Shown in pieces: positions 56,001 to 64,000 of a stretch of 64,000 nt of DNA (the first letter of the stretch is position 1; each line of letters opens with the position of its first letter). The notes beneath the pieces are model-generated. The model did no database searches. It saw only the letters and a list, made by a program, of their open reading frames with translations, and was not told where the DNA came from. Both the position numbers and the translations under genes were made by a program. This DNA is from Candidatus Saccharicenans sp. (GTDB taxonomy: Bacteria > Acidobacteriota > Aminicenantia > Aminicenantales > Saccharicenantaceae), in the NCBI GenBank assembly GCA_017992175.1, contig JAGOPD010000007.1, positions 1,164 to 65,163 on the forward strand, in the 5' to 3' direction.

Positions 56001-56796
56001 CATTCCATTTAGAGATGTCATGCCAGTCAGTTACTCCGGGATTCTTGAGCAAAAATATCTTATCCTGGCTGGCAACCAGAATATCCTCGTCACCATCCTT
56101 ATCGATATCTACGCTATCCAAATGGTTCGCGGCCCAGTTACAGTAAATGCCAGCAGTCGTGAACGCATTGGTGAAATTCACATTTCTTGAATCATTCCGA
56201 CCATAAAATACGGGATTATTGGCTGTCCCCTGATTTATATACATGCAAGCTACAAAATTGTTGTGTGTAAATGTATCGTTACCATTTTTATAGAAAAAGA
56301 AATCCAGCAGGCCATCTTTGTTATAGTCGCCGACCGTAATTGAAGCCGGGCCACATGTTAAGCCGGTATCGAAAATTCTTGAGTTATCAACTTGAAAAAT
56401 GATGTTGTCATCATCCACTCCGTCAAAGTTAGCATCGCTATAGCGGTTCCAGACCATCTTGAGTTCAAAAGTATTATAGTCAAGTCCCACCAGATCAGGA
56501 CTGCCGTTGCCGTCAAAGTCCCCTGCAGCTACAACATACATTCTGGCGCCCATACCGGCCGGCGAGGTCACTTCGAAATTTCCACCAAGATAGTTCAACT
56601 GGACCGGACCGCTTGGCCAGTTAGCCACCGAGCATTTCTTATTATCTTTGAAGTCAGCTGTGTGGAAATTCTCACTGAAAGAATTGGTATATTCAATACA
56701 GGGCTGTTGTTCCTGACCGGTAAATTTTAGAACCAGTAGCCCTAAAGCGATGAAGGAAATAATAAATCCTGCTGCCAGGTTTTTTTTAATTTTCAT
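53068..56796 (-). CDS. type IV pilus tip-associated PilY1-like protein with N-terminal FG-GAP/VCBS repeat region
   Basis: At least six FG-GAP-like Ca-binding repeats ([79 protein letters not shown]). PilY1 hallmarks are [25 protein letters not shown] and [24 protein letters not shown]. Confidence 0.8.
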   Translation of the reverse strand: [1242 protein letters not shown]

Positions 56797-56868
56797 TTGG
56801 CCCTCGCTTCATTCCTTAAGACATTCATTCTTTTATTTATTGATTTATCAATAAATAGATTCTTCTGG

Positions 56869-57573
56869 TTAAGGGGTAGTTCCGCTTTGTGGCATCTCTA
56901 TTTCTATTTCGAGACGGCAGGTAGCCAGTATCCGGTTGGACACGGCCTGGCCCGATCTGACCACACCTATGCAGACCATAAGAGTATCAGTTGGATCAGT
57001 GGCAGCACCGGTGCCGGCTTCATCATCAATCAGAAAGACGGTATAACGGTAACGCTGATCAAGTGTTCCGTCCTGCCCGTAAACAAAAGGCTGTTCAAAG
57101 AAGACTAATTGACCCTGGGCAGCACTGTCTGGAATGCCGTCATGGTTATTATCTATGAGATTCAGGATTTGTTCATCAGTAAGCCGCCGGAAATAACCGG
57201 GGTTCGGAGTTTCCAGATTGCCCCCAATAAACGGCATCTCTATCCCGTTAGCGGTGAGCCCGGACAGATAATGAGAAGTAAAGTTTGTCCACTGGCCATT
57301 CCCAAAAAAATCATCTATGCTCATTCTGGCTGCATCAAAACCAGCTTCGGCCGCATTAAACGCTTCTTCCTGGTAGCGCATGCTGGCTGAAACCTTTGGA
57401 CCGGAAGTGGTCACGGCCAGGACGGCTACCCCGACTGTCAGCATAAAAGCCAGAACTAAAATAACCACCATCATACCTGAGCCGGCTGGACTGAATAACC
57501 AGCCTCTAAGGCTCAAAGAACTTTTCTGGAACCTTCCACCCATGCCTTTTTTATTTGCTTTTTTCTGATTCAT
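56869..57573 (-). CDS. PilX-like minor pilin
   Basis: Its position in the operon, plus an N-terminal hydrophobic helix (GMMVVILVLAFMLTVGVAVLAV) of PilX_N type without a classical G/FTLIE site. Confidence 0.6.
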   Translation of the reverse strand: MNQKKANKKGMGGRFQKSSLSLRGWLFSPAGSGMMVVILVLAFMLTVGVAVLAVTTSGPKVSASMRYQEEAFNAAEAGFDAARMSIDDFFGNGQWTNFTSHYLSGLTANGIEMPFIGGNLETPNPGYFRRLTDEQILNLIDNNHDGIPDSAAQGQLVFFEQPFVYGQDGTLDQRYRYTVFLIDDEAGTGAATDPTDTLMVCIGVVRSGQAVSNRILATCRLEIEIEMPQSGTTP

Positions 57574-58730
57574 CTTTGCCCCGAATTGTAGATATTTATA
57601 TTCAGGTTTCTTACATTGGCGGTTGTTTCCAGGACAAACCGCCGGTGAAAATCGTCAGTGGTACTCCCTGCAGAATCTGAAATATTAGGCCGGCGGTAAT
57701 TATGGATATTAGCTGGCACTTTGCCGGAAACTGAGGCAAACCGGTTGGGGGTCCGGCCGGCAATAATCACTCTAACCTGACGGATACGGGTGATCTGGTC
57801 GGAGGTCCAGGTATTAGACCAGGACTGGAACCCATCCAGGAGGCTGTCATCGTTCAGGTCTCCGTTATATTCAAACTGCAGGTTTTCGATGTTCTGGGCA
57901 ATCGGCAAATGAATGCCATTGTCGGTCATATATAAAACTCCTGGCTCGCCAACATAACCGTTAATACCGGCAGTCAAAGCCTCACCATTCAGCTCAGCCT
58001 GGCCAGAAGTATCCAGCCAGAACTCTTTCACATTGACAAACATGATCAGGCCATCGTCAAAATCATTAGGCTGACAGGTCGAACCAACTGTCAAACCTCC
58101 AGGCGGATCAATCCCGGGAGCCAGCCCAGGTGACATATTGAATTTTTCATTAGTTCCGCCCGAGCTCCAGGTAATATGAGTTAGTTGTCTAATCTCCCCC
58201 GTTCTGCAGGTTGATGCGGGATTGGGCAAAATTAAAACGATTCTATTTGTATAGAATTCAGGAGGATAAGGATATTGTTCAAAACTTCCATCATAAACAG
58301 CCACATTTACTGAGCTGCCCTGGTATTGCTGGATTTTCAGGTTCATCGGTTCATCAATATTGCCCAGGATAATCAAGCGGTCAGGATCAACCTCAGTCCC
58401 CTGGTCTTCATTGTTAAAACCCTCTAAAGCATACATACCAAATTCCGGTGGCAGGCCAATTCCTGCCATTCTCAGGTCTCTGGAAATGAGGTACATGGCT
58501 GAGCGGACATCGTGCTGAAGCTCGGCATACTGCTCCTGGTCAACCGAAATCTGGTTGCTGCGGGAATAAAGAGCCAGGGCTCCAACAATCACCACCAGCA
58601 TGATGGCTGAAGAGACAATGAGTTCAATCAGGGTAAAACCGGACAAGCTCTTGTGTCTTTTTGAGTCTAAAAATGAAAATTTAAAATCCCTTTGTTTATT
58701 TGATTTTTCCTTTTGGCATTTTTCACTCAT
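57570..58730 (-). CDS. PilW-like minor pilin
   Basis: Prepilin methylation motif SGFTLIELIVSSAIMLVVIV. Its size and operon position fit PilW. Confidence 0.7.
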   Translation of the reverse strand: MSEKCQKEKSNKQRDFKFSFLDSKRHKSLSGFTLIELIVSSAIMLVVIVGALALYSRSNQISVDQEQYAELQHDVRSAMYLISRDLRMAGIGLPPEFGMYALEGFNNEDQGTEVDPDRLIILGNIDEPMNLKIQQYQGSSVNVAVYDGSFEQYPYPPEFYTNRIVLILPNPASTCRTGEIRQLTHITWSSGGTNEKFNMSPGLAPGIDPPGGLTVGSTCQPNDFDDGLIMFVNVKEFWLDTSGQAELNGEALTAGINGYVGEPGVLYMTDNGIHLPIAQNIENLQFEYNGDLNDDSLLDGFQSWSNTWTSDQITRIRQVRVIIAGRTPNRFASVSGKVPANIHNYRRPNISDSAGSTTDDFHRRFVLETTANVRNLNINIYNSGQR

Positions 58731-58765
58731 TTTCCACCTGCCATTCAGGCCTCAATTAAACTTAG

Positions 58766-59284
58766 CTAACGTGAAATAATAGTATGAATATAAGCCCGGG
58801 CTTTATATTTTTCGGGATTGGCGATCAAGAGATTAGCGGCTGTATTCTGATAAGCCGGAGGGAAAACCATAATCATAACATCAAAACCAGAGGTGACAGA
58901 GGCTGATAGCTGGACCTGAGTAAGTCTCCTGAAATCTATAGTCCCATCGGCATTAATATCTATTCTTTCGTCGTTACTTTCACCGATAGTAGTATTAGGA
59001 AAGTTATTTAACTCATCCGAAGTCAATGTCCTTAGATAATCTATTTGCTGTTGGGCCAGAAAGATGGCATTACTGATTTCGTTTGACCTTAAATTCTGCA
59101 TAATGCTGAGAGTAAAAAGCTGGGCCAGACTGACAAAAACCACCGTGACCAGAGCCAGGCTGATAATCACTTCGATCAGAGTGAAGCCCCCGGCGTTTTT
59201 ATTATCTTTTCCCTGGAGAGATTTAAGCCTTGATTTTAACTGGATTTTTTTGGCTGCCGCTCCAACAAGACCTATTCGTTTCAT
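58766..59284 (-). CDS. PilV-like minor pilin
   Basis: Prepilin motif GGFTLIEVIISLALVTVVF. 172 aa. Confidence 0.7.
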   Translation of the reverse strand: MKRIGLVGAAAKKIQLKSRLKSLQGKDNKNAGGFTLIEVIISLALVTVVFVSLAQLFTLSIMQNLRSNEISNAIFLAQQQIDYLRTLTSDELNNFPNTTIGESNDERIDINADGTIDFRRLTQVQLSASVTSGFDVMIMVFPPAYQNTAANLLIANPEKYKARAYIHTIISR

Positions 59285-59296
59285 GGCTCTGCTCCT

Positions 59297-59821
59297 TTAC
59301 CCCCTGGCCTTTTTATAACCAATTGAGCCACCGGCATAAATGACAATTATTCTTTGATTATCCTGAGATAAGTTTTTGAGTTTATCGCTTTTTAAAATAA
59401 TTTGAAAATTCTGAGGAGTGGTGAAATTATAATTGGCTACCAGGCCTAAAGGAGAAAAGACAATGGATTGATCTGTACTGGGAAGGCCTATCTGGGGATT
59501 AAACTTCGGCGGGAGGGTTTGTTTGATAAACTTGCGAGCCGGCTGCCAGGTGTAGGCTCCTCCGGTGATGCTGGCCTGCTCGACCTCAACCATATATCGC
59601 CACTGGTCATTCTCTTCAAAAAAGCGCACCCGACAGTTAACTTTATCATTGACAGCGGTATAACGGGCCGCTTCCAGAGTAGTCAGGAGTTCCCGGGCTG
59701 AACTTTCCAGAGCTCTAACCTCCAGAACATTTAAAATGCTTGGATAGGAAGCAGCCACAGCTATCCCGATTATGCCCAGAACGACAATAATCTCAATAAA
59801 AGTGAATCCTTTGTTTTTCAT
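59297..59821 (-). CDS. FimT/GspH-like minor pilin
   Basis: MKNKGFTFIEIIVVLGIIGIAVA prepilin N-terminus. The ATG at 59821 is preferred; the track ORF extends to 59968, and an ATG at 59854 is also possible. Confidence 0.7.
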   Translation of the reverse strand: MKNKGFTFIEIIVVLGIIGIAVAASYPSILNVLEVRALESSARELLTTLEAARYTAVNDKVNCRVRFFEENDQWRYMVEVEQASITGGAYTWQPARKFIKQTLPPKFNPQIGLPSTDQSIVFSPLGLVANYNFTTPQNFQIILKSDKLKNLSQDNQRIIVIYAGGSIGYKKARG

Positions 59822-59865
59822 CCTTTTTATCCCTGTTTTTCGCTGCCCGCTCATCTTTTGGCCTA

Positions 59866-59895
59866 ATTCTAACCCAGTTGTTAAACAAAATGCAA
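59866..59895 (-). promoter_or_regulatory. sigma70-type promoter candidate for the minor-pilin operon
   Basis: On the minus strand: TTGCAT (59895-59890), an 18-nt spacer, then TAGAAT (59871-59866). Confidence 0.35.
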
Positions 59896-60041
59896 GCGGA
59901 TTAATATCTCTGGTCTTCAGAGCCGTTCGCCTTGCCTCCTGATAGCAGATTAATAATCTGGGGCTCAAGAGACAATGGTCACCGGGGGTGATTTCAGGGG
60001 TGATTTTAGGGAACTCAGCCAGTCGGGAAATGGCGTGAAAT

Positions 60042-60075
60042 GGGGTCGGGCCAACAATTTTGCCGGCCCGACCCC
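60042..60075 (-). terminator. GC-rich hairpin downstream of the DPP-IV-like gene
   Basis: 11-bp stem GGGGTCGGGCC/GGCCCGACCCC with a 12-nt loop. The U-tract is poor, so terminator function is uncertain. Confidence 0.35.
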
Positions 60076-60090
60076 ATCTATGTCCGTTCC

Positions 60091-62208
60091 TTACTTGTTA
60101 AGGATTAAATTTTCAATGAAAAATTCCATCATCCGGTCCTGGCGGACGCTGGTATGCCCCAGATCCGGCCCGACTTGAACTTCGAAGCTTTTGCCAGCCT
60201 TCTGGAGAGCTTGAATCAATTGCATGGCATTGTTGGGATGAACGTTATTGTCGGCTGTCCCGTAATAAATCAGTAACCGCCCCTTAAGGTTATTGACATA
60301 GGTCAGGGCGCTGCCATTTTTATAGCCTTCCTTGTTTTCCTCTGGAAGCCACATATAGCGCTCGGTATAGATGTTATCGTAGTTCTCCCAGCCGGTAACT
60401 GGCGAAGAAGCACTGGCGGCCGCAAAGACTTCAGGGTGTCTCAAAATGGACATGATAGAAGCATAACCACCATAAGAGGTGCCAAAAATGCCTGCTCGGC
60501 TGCCATCAACATAGGGCCTCTGGCTCAAAGCTTTGACTCCGGCAGCCTGGTCATCTATTTCAACTGTCCCGAGCTTCAAATAAATGGCATCAAGGGATTT
60601 TTTACCTACTCCGGCCACACTGCGGGAATCAAGGCTGGCCACCAGGAAGCCGAACTCGGTAATTGGACTTGGCACACTAAATGTTTCGCGGGCCCCATTA
60701 GTGGCTGGACCGGCATAGACACTGACCAGCAAGGGGTACTTTTGGGCAGGGTCAAAATTAGAGGGGAATTGAAGCAATCCATATAAATCGGTCTGTCCGT
60801 CAGCCGCTTTAAAGGTAAAAAGCTCTGCTTTCTTCAAACCGAGAGCTTCAAACCGGCTCAAATCGGATTTGGCCAGTTCGGCAATCATTTTACCTGAGAC
60901 CGAGTAGAGCCTGGTCACCGGCGGAATATCATGGGTTTGAGCAACATCAACATAGTATTTGCAGTCAGGAGACATATCAATCATATGGTTAAAAGCCGGG
61001 TCGGTCAGCTGCCGGTCATTTTTCCCGGTGAGAGTCACCCGGTGAAGTTGAAGTTTCATCGGATTATCGCCGCTTCTGGCGGTATAATAAACCAGACCGG
61101 CTTTCTCATCGACGGCCAGGACGCTGCCGACTTCAAATGGGTGGCTGGTCAAAGTAGTCAGCAGTTTTCCACTCAAATCATAAAGATAGAGATTTTGATA
61201 GCCGGTTCTTTCTGAGACCAGAATAAAACGCCGCCCGTCTTTAAGCCAGGTGATAGAGGGGGAGTTTTCGGCCCAGCCCGTTGGCCATTCTTCCCTGACC
61301 ACCAGCCTGGTTTTACCGGTGGCGGGATCAGCGGCGGCCAGCTCGGTTATATTCTGGCGGCGATTCGTCCTGAAAAAAAGAACTTCACGGCCGTCCTTGG
61401 TCCAGTTGATTCCATAAACGTAATGTCCCATGACTTCATTGGAAAAGGGCTGCCCCTGACGCACATCGATCTGGGTTGTCTTTTTGCTTTTCAAATCATA
61501 AACCAGAAGATCAACTACTGGGTTTGGCTGCCCTGGTTTCGGGTAAGGTTCAATGTCCATCTTGCTGTAAAGTTTGGTCTGGTCAAGCTGGAGGTAATAA
61601 TCAGGCACTTCCTTTTCATCAAAACGGTAAAAAGCAATTTGCTGACTATCAGGAGACCACCACATGGCTGTCGTCTGATAAAGCTCTTCACCATAAACCC
61701 AGGAAGCAGTGCCATACTTAACTCTGGTCTTATCTGAACCATCAGTGGTAATGGCCATTTCTTCCTTGGTGGTTTGGTCAACTAAATAGAGGTTCCGGTC
61801 ATGATAGACTGCTTTGTATTTTTTATCAGGGGATTCGGCGCTGGCAAATTGTCGGCCGCGCTCAGGCATTCCTGCCCGGCGGGTGAAAGCCATTGGCGGC
61901 TGTTCTTTGGCCTCGCCGATCTTAGTCAATTTTCTTGTCCTGAGGTCGTAGCGCCATTGCTGGCCATCGCGAACAAACTCCAGGGACTGACCTTCATCTT
62001 TCCAGGTAACCCGGAGAGAGCCGAGCTTAACTACCTCGCGCATCTCTTTCATTAACTTCTCATAACGGTCATAATTGGGGTAAGTTTTCAGCCGGTCCTG
62101 AGAGAGAAGTAAGGGGGGCAGGGAAACTAACTGCCAGAAGAAGATCAAGCCGGGAAGAATTAATAAAGATTTGAGATTCTTTCGACAGCGTCTAACTATT
62201 TTAAGCAT
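60091..62208 (-). CDS. dipeptidyl-peptidase IV family serine peptidase (S9B)
   Basis: 705 aa with a signal peptide, a DPP-IV-type beta-propeller, the catalytic GTSYGGY motif, and C-terminal D and H residues (GTADNNVH, GHT). Confidence 0.9.
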   Translation of the reverse strand: MLKIVRRCRKNLKSLLILPGLIFFWQLVSLPPLLLSQDRLKTYPNYDRYEKLMKEMREVVKLGSLRVTWKDEGQSLEFVRDGQQWRYDLRTRKLTKIGEAKEQPPMAFTRRAGMPERGRQFASAESPDKKYKAVYHDRNLYLVDQTTKEEMAITTDGSDKTRVKYGTASWVYGEELYQTTAMWWSPDSQQIAFYRFDEKEVPDYYLQLDQTKLYSKMDIEPYPKPGQPNPVVDLLVYDLKSKKTTQIDVRQGQPFSNEVMGHYVYGINWTKDGREVLFFRTNRRQNITELAAADPATGKTRLVVREEWPTGWAENSPSITWLKDGRRFILVSERTGYQNLYLYDLSGKLLTTLTSHPFEVGSVLAVDEKAGLVYYTARSGDNPMKLQLHRVTLTGKNDRQLTDPAFNHMIDMSPDCKYYVDVAQTHDIPPVTRLYSVSGKMIAELAKSDLSRFEALGLKKAELFTFKAADGQTDLYGLLQFPSNFDPAQKYPLLVSVYAGPATNGARETFSVPSPITEFGFLVASLDSRSVAGVGKKSLDAIYLKLGTVEIDDQAAGVKALSQRPYVDGSRAGIFGTSYGGYASIMSILRHPEVFAAASASSPVTGWENYDNIYTERYMWLPEENKEGYKNGSALTYVNNLKGRLLIYYGTADNNVHPNNAMQLIQALQKAGKSFEVQVGPDLGHTSVRQDRMMEFFIENLILNK

Positions 62209-62343
62209 CTTTCCTCCAACTTAAAATTATTATGGTTAAAAGAAATTATACTCATTAAAGGAAAAAATTCAGCAATTAATTTATTCCAGTTGATCTGTCT
62301 GAAATTACTTTCAAATTATTAACAATGTACTTATAATAATCCG

Positions 62344-63720
62344 ATGCAAAATAATAGTACTTCAGTTCCCCCGGCCGCTCCGGAGACGCCTGAGCTGCAA
62401 CGGGTTCTGGGCCTGTTCAGCATTATCGGTATTGTCATCGGGGCGATGATTGGTTCTGGTATTTTTATCAATCCTTCTAACATTGCGGCAACTGTTGGAA
62501 CACCGAAACTGATGCTGGCCGTCTGGATCATTGGAGGTATCCTGAGCTTCTTTGGTGCCCTGGCAATCGCCGAATTATCTGCCATGTATTCTCAGGCCGG
62601 CGGGATCTATATCTATCTTCGCGAAGCCTACGGGTCACTTATTGCTTTCCTCTTTGGCTGGACTCTGTTCCTGATCGTTGAAGCCGGTACGATCGCCACC
62701 CTGGCGGTTGGATTCTCCTCGAAATATCTGCCGTATTTCGTAAAAATAAATGGTCTTCAAACCAAAGTGGTGGCCATCTCCCTCATCGTTATTCTGGCTG
62801 CGGTAAATTATCTCGGTGTCAAAAAGGGTGCCCTGGTGACCAATTTCCTGACCAGCATAAAGTTTGTCGCCTTGATTGGCATGTGCGTTGTTGTTTTCCT
62901 GTTTGCTAAGGGGTCGACAACTAACTTCTTTTCCACTGAGAATGCGGCCCCGGTGAGTGGCGGGCTGCTGGGCGCCTTTGGGGTGGCCCTGGTTTCAGCT
63001 CTCTGGGCCTATAAAGGGTGGGAAACAAGTACCTATTGCGCCGGGGAGATTAAGAACCCACAGAAAAATCTGCCTCTGGGGATCTTCATCGGAACCCTGT
63101 CGGTTATTTTTCTTTACTTAGTGGCTAATCTTGCCTATCTCTATGTTTTCCCGGCTGCCAGGATGGCTAAATCGACCCGGATAGCCGCCGATGTAATGGA
63201 AGCAGCTATCGGGCCTATCGGGGCTTCCATCATCACCCTCATCATCCTGCTGTCGATGACCGGAACCATAAATGGTCATCTCCTGACTGCACCCAGAGTT
63301 TTTTACGCCATGGCTAAAGACGGAATCTTCTTTAAGGCCGTAGCCAGGGTTCATTCCAAATACCGGACACCACATGTTTCGATTATTGTCCTGGCCATCT
63401 GGGCCTCCCTCCTCAGCCTGAGCGGCACTTTTGAACAACTCTATTCATATGTCATTTTCGGTTTCTGGATCTTCATGGGGCTGACCGTCCTCGGCGTTAT
63501 GATACTTCGCCGGAAATTTCCTGATCGTCCACGCTCCTATAAGACGTGGGGATACCCAGTTACCCCGATCCTCTTTATTCTGTCATCTATTTTTCTGACC
63601 ATCAATTCGCTTCTTCGGGCCTTTTGGAACTCGTTTGCCGGGCTGGCTCTGATTGCCCTCGGCATTCCTGCTTATCTAATCTGGAAACGCCGGAGCCAGA
63701 CCAGGACTGACTCAGTTTAA
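62344..63720 (+). CDS. APC-superfamily amino acid permease
   Basis: 458 aa with 12 TM helices and an N-terminal GxxIGSGIF motif (GAMIGSGIFI). Confidence 0.85.
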   Translation: MQNNSTSVPPAAPETPELQRVLGLFSIIGIVIGAMIGSGIFINPSNIAATVGTPKLMLAVWIIGGILSFFGALAIAELSAMYSQAGGIYIYLREAYGSLIAFLFGWTLFLIVEAGTIATLAVGFSSKYLPYFVKINGLQTKVVAISLIVILAAVNYLGVKKGALVTNFLTSIKFVALIGMCVVVFLFAKGSTTNFFSTENAAPVSGGLLGAFGVALVSALWAYKGWETSTYCAGEIKNPQKNLPLGIFIGTLSVIFLYLVANLAYLYVFPAARMAKSTRIAADVMEAAIGPIGASIITLIILLSMTGTINGHLLTAPRVFYAMAKDGIFFKAVARVHSKYRTPHVSIIVLAIWASLLSLSGTFEQLYSYVIFGFWIFMGLTVLGVMILRRKFPDRPRSYKTWGYPVTPILFILSSIFLTINSLLRAFWNSFAGLALIALGIPAYLIWKRRSQTRTDSV

Positions 63721-63735
63721 AACAAAGGATAGACC

Positions 63736-64000
63736 ATGTTGCATCTTAACCTTATTGATACAGTGGCCTTCTCCGGTATCATTCTTTTCGTCGGCTATGG
63801 GCTATGCCGCTGGATCAAGCCTCTGTCGCGGTATAACATTCCGGCGCCGGTGGTCGGGGGCTTGCTGGTGGCTTTAGCCACTCTCATCGCCCGGCATTAT
63901 GGACTTACCCTGTTCACCTTTGATACGACGCTTAGAGATCCCCTGATGATCGCTTTCTTCACCACCATCGGTTTTGGAGCCAGTCTGCGGCTTCTCAAAG
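63736..64000 (+). CDS. gltS: sodium/glutamate symporter GltS (5' part; runs off the window)
   Basis: Open frame from the ATG at 63736: MLHLNLIDTVAFSGIILFVGYGLCRW...NIPAPVVGGLLVA...FDTTLRDPLMIAFFTTIGFGASL. This is a GltS-type N-terminus. Confidence 0.75.
   Translation, partial: MLHLNLIDTVAFSGIILFVGYGLCRWIKPLSRYNIPAPVVGGLLVALATLIARHYGLTLFTFDTTLRDPLMIAFFTTIGFGASLRLLK

Noticed and set aside
62300-62346. A TATAAT box 6 nt upstream of the APC permease ATG with no Shine-Dalgarno sequence, suggesting a leaderless mRNA.
   Set aside because: The corresponding -35 region (TTTCAA) is weak, the region is generally AT-rich so TATAAT can arise by chance, and the true start codon is not verified. This is too speculative to list as a feature.

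Overview
This is a chromosomal window from a diderm bacterium that looks anaerobic and peptide/amino-acid fermenting. The taxon cannot be assigned from sequence alone. I support about 60 protein genes, two tRNA-Arg genes and a few promoter/terminator candidates. No rRNA genes or CRISPR arrays were seen. Most of the window is ordinary core genome. Housekeeping genes: recO, a RodZ-like gene, ftsEX, gatB, mutM, a ferredoxin, an M50 protease, hypF, queH, fabH, thiC, rsmD, rpmE-prfA-prmC, gltX, pfkA and msrBA. Catabolic genes: a four-subunit 2-oxoacid:ferredoxin oxidoreductase (porGDAB), hutU, prolyl oligopeptidase, DPP-IV-type peptidase, M14 carboxypeptidase, and SSS, APC and GltS transporters. 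Two further modules stand out: a c-di-GMP cluster (REC-HD-GYP, a Glu-rich coiled-coil protein, REC-like-GAF-GGDEF-PilZ) and a type IV pilus minor-pilin operon (fimT/pilV/pilW/pilX-like) ending in a 1242-aa FG-GAP + PilY1-like protein. The only clearly accessory region is 41.8-46.4 kb. It holds two degenerate transposase remnants, a truncated second copy of the 5' end of the neighbouring membrane Fe-S oxidoreductase gene, a start-less ORF, and a tandemly amplified family of three unknown lipoproteins. These lipoproteins share an identical export/5'UTR cassette but vary in the mature domain, and I consider them the best candidate for something undescribed. Other points worth a second look: a 435-aa orphan directly downstream of tRNA-Arg(CCT); a structured 115-nt GC-rich intergenic element; an apparent ATT start codon for the M14 peptidase; thiC without a TPP riboswitch; a PFK with remodelled ATP-site motifs; a DAK2-DegV fusion; and two translationally coupled micro-ORFs. 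All functional calls come from motif recognition by eye. No database search was run.
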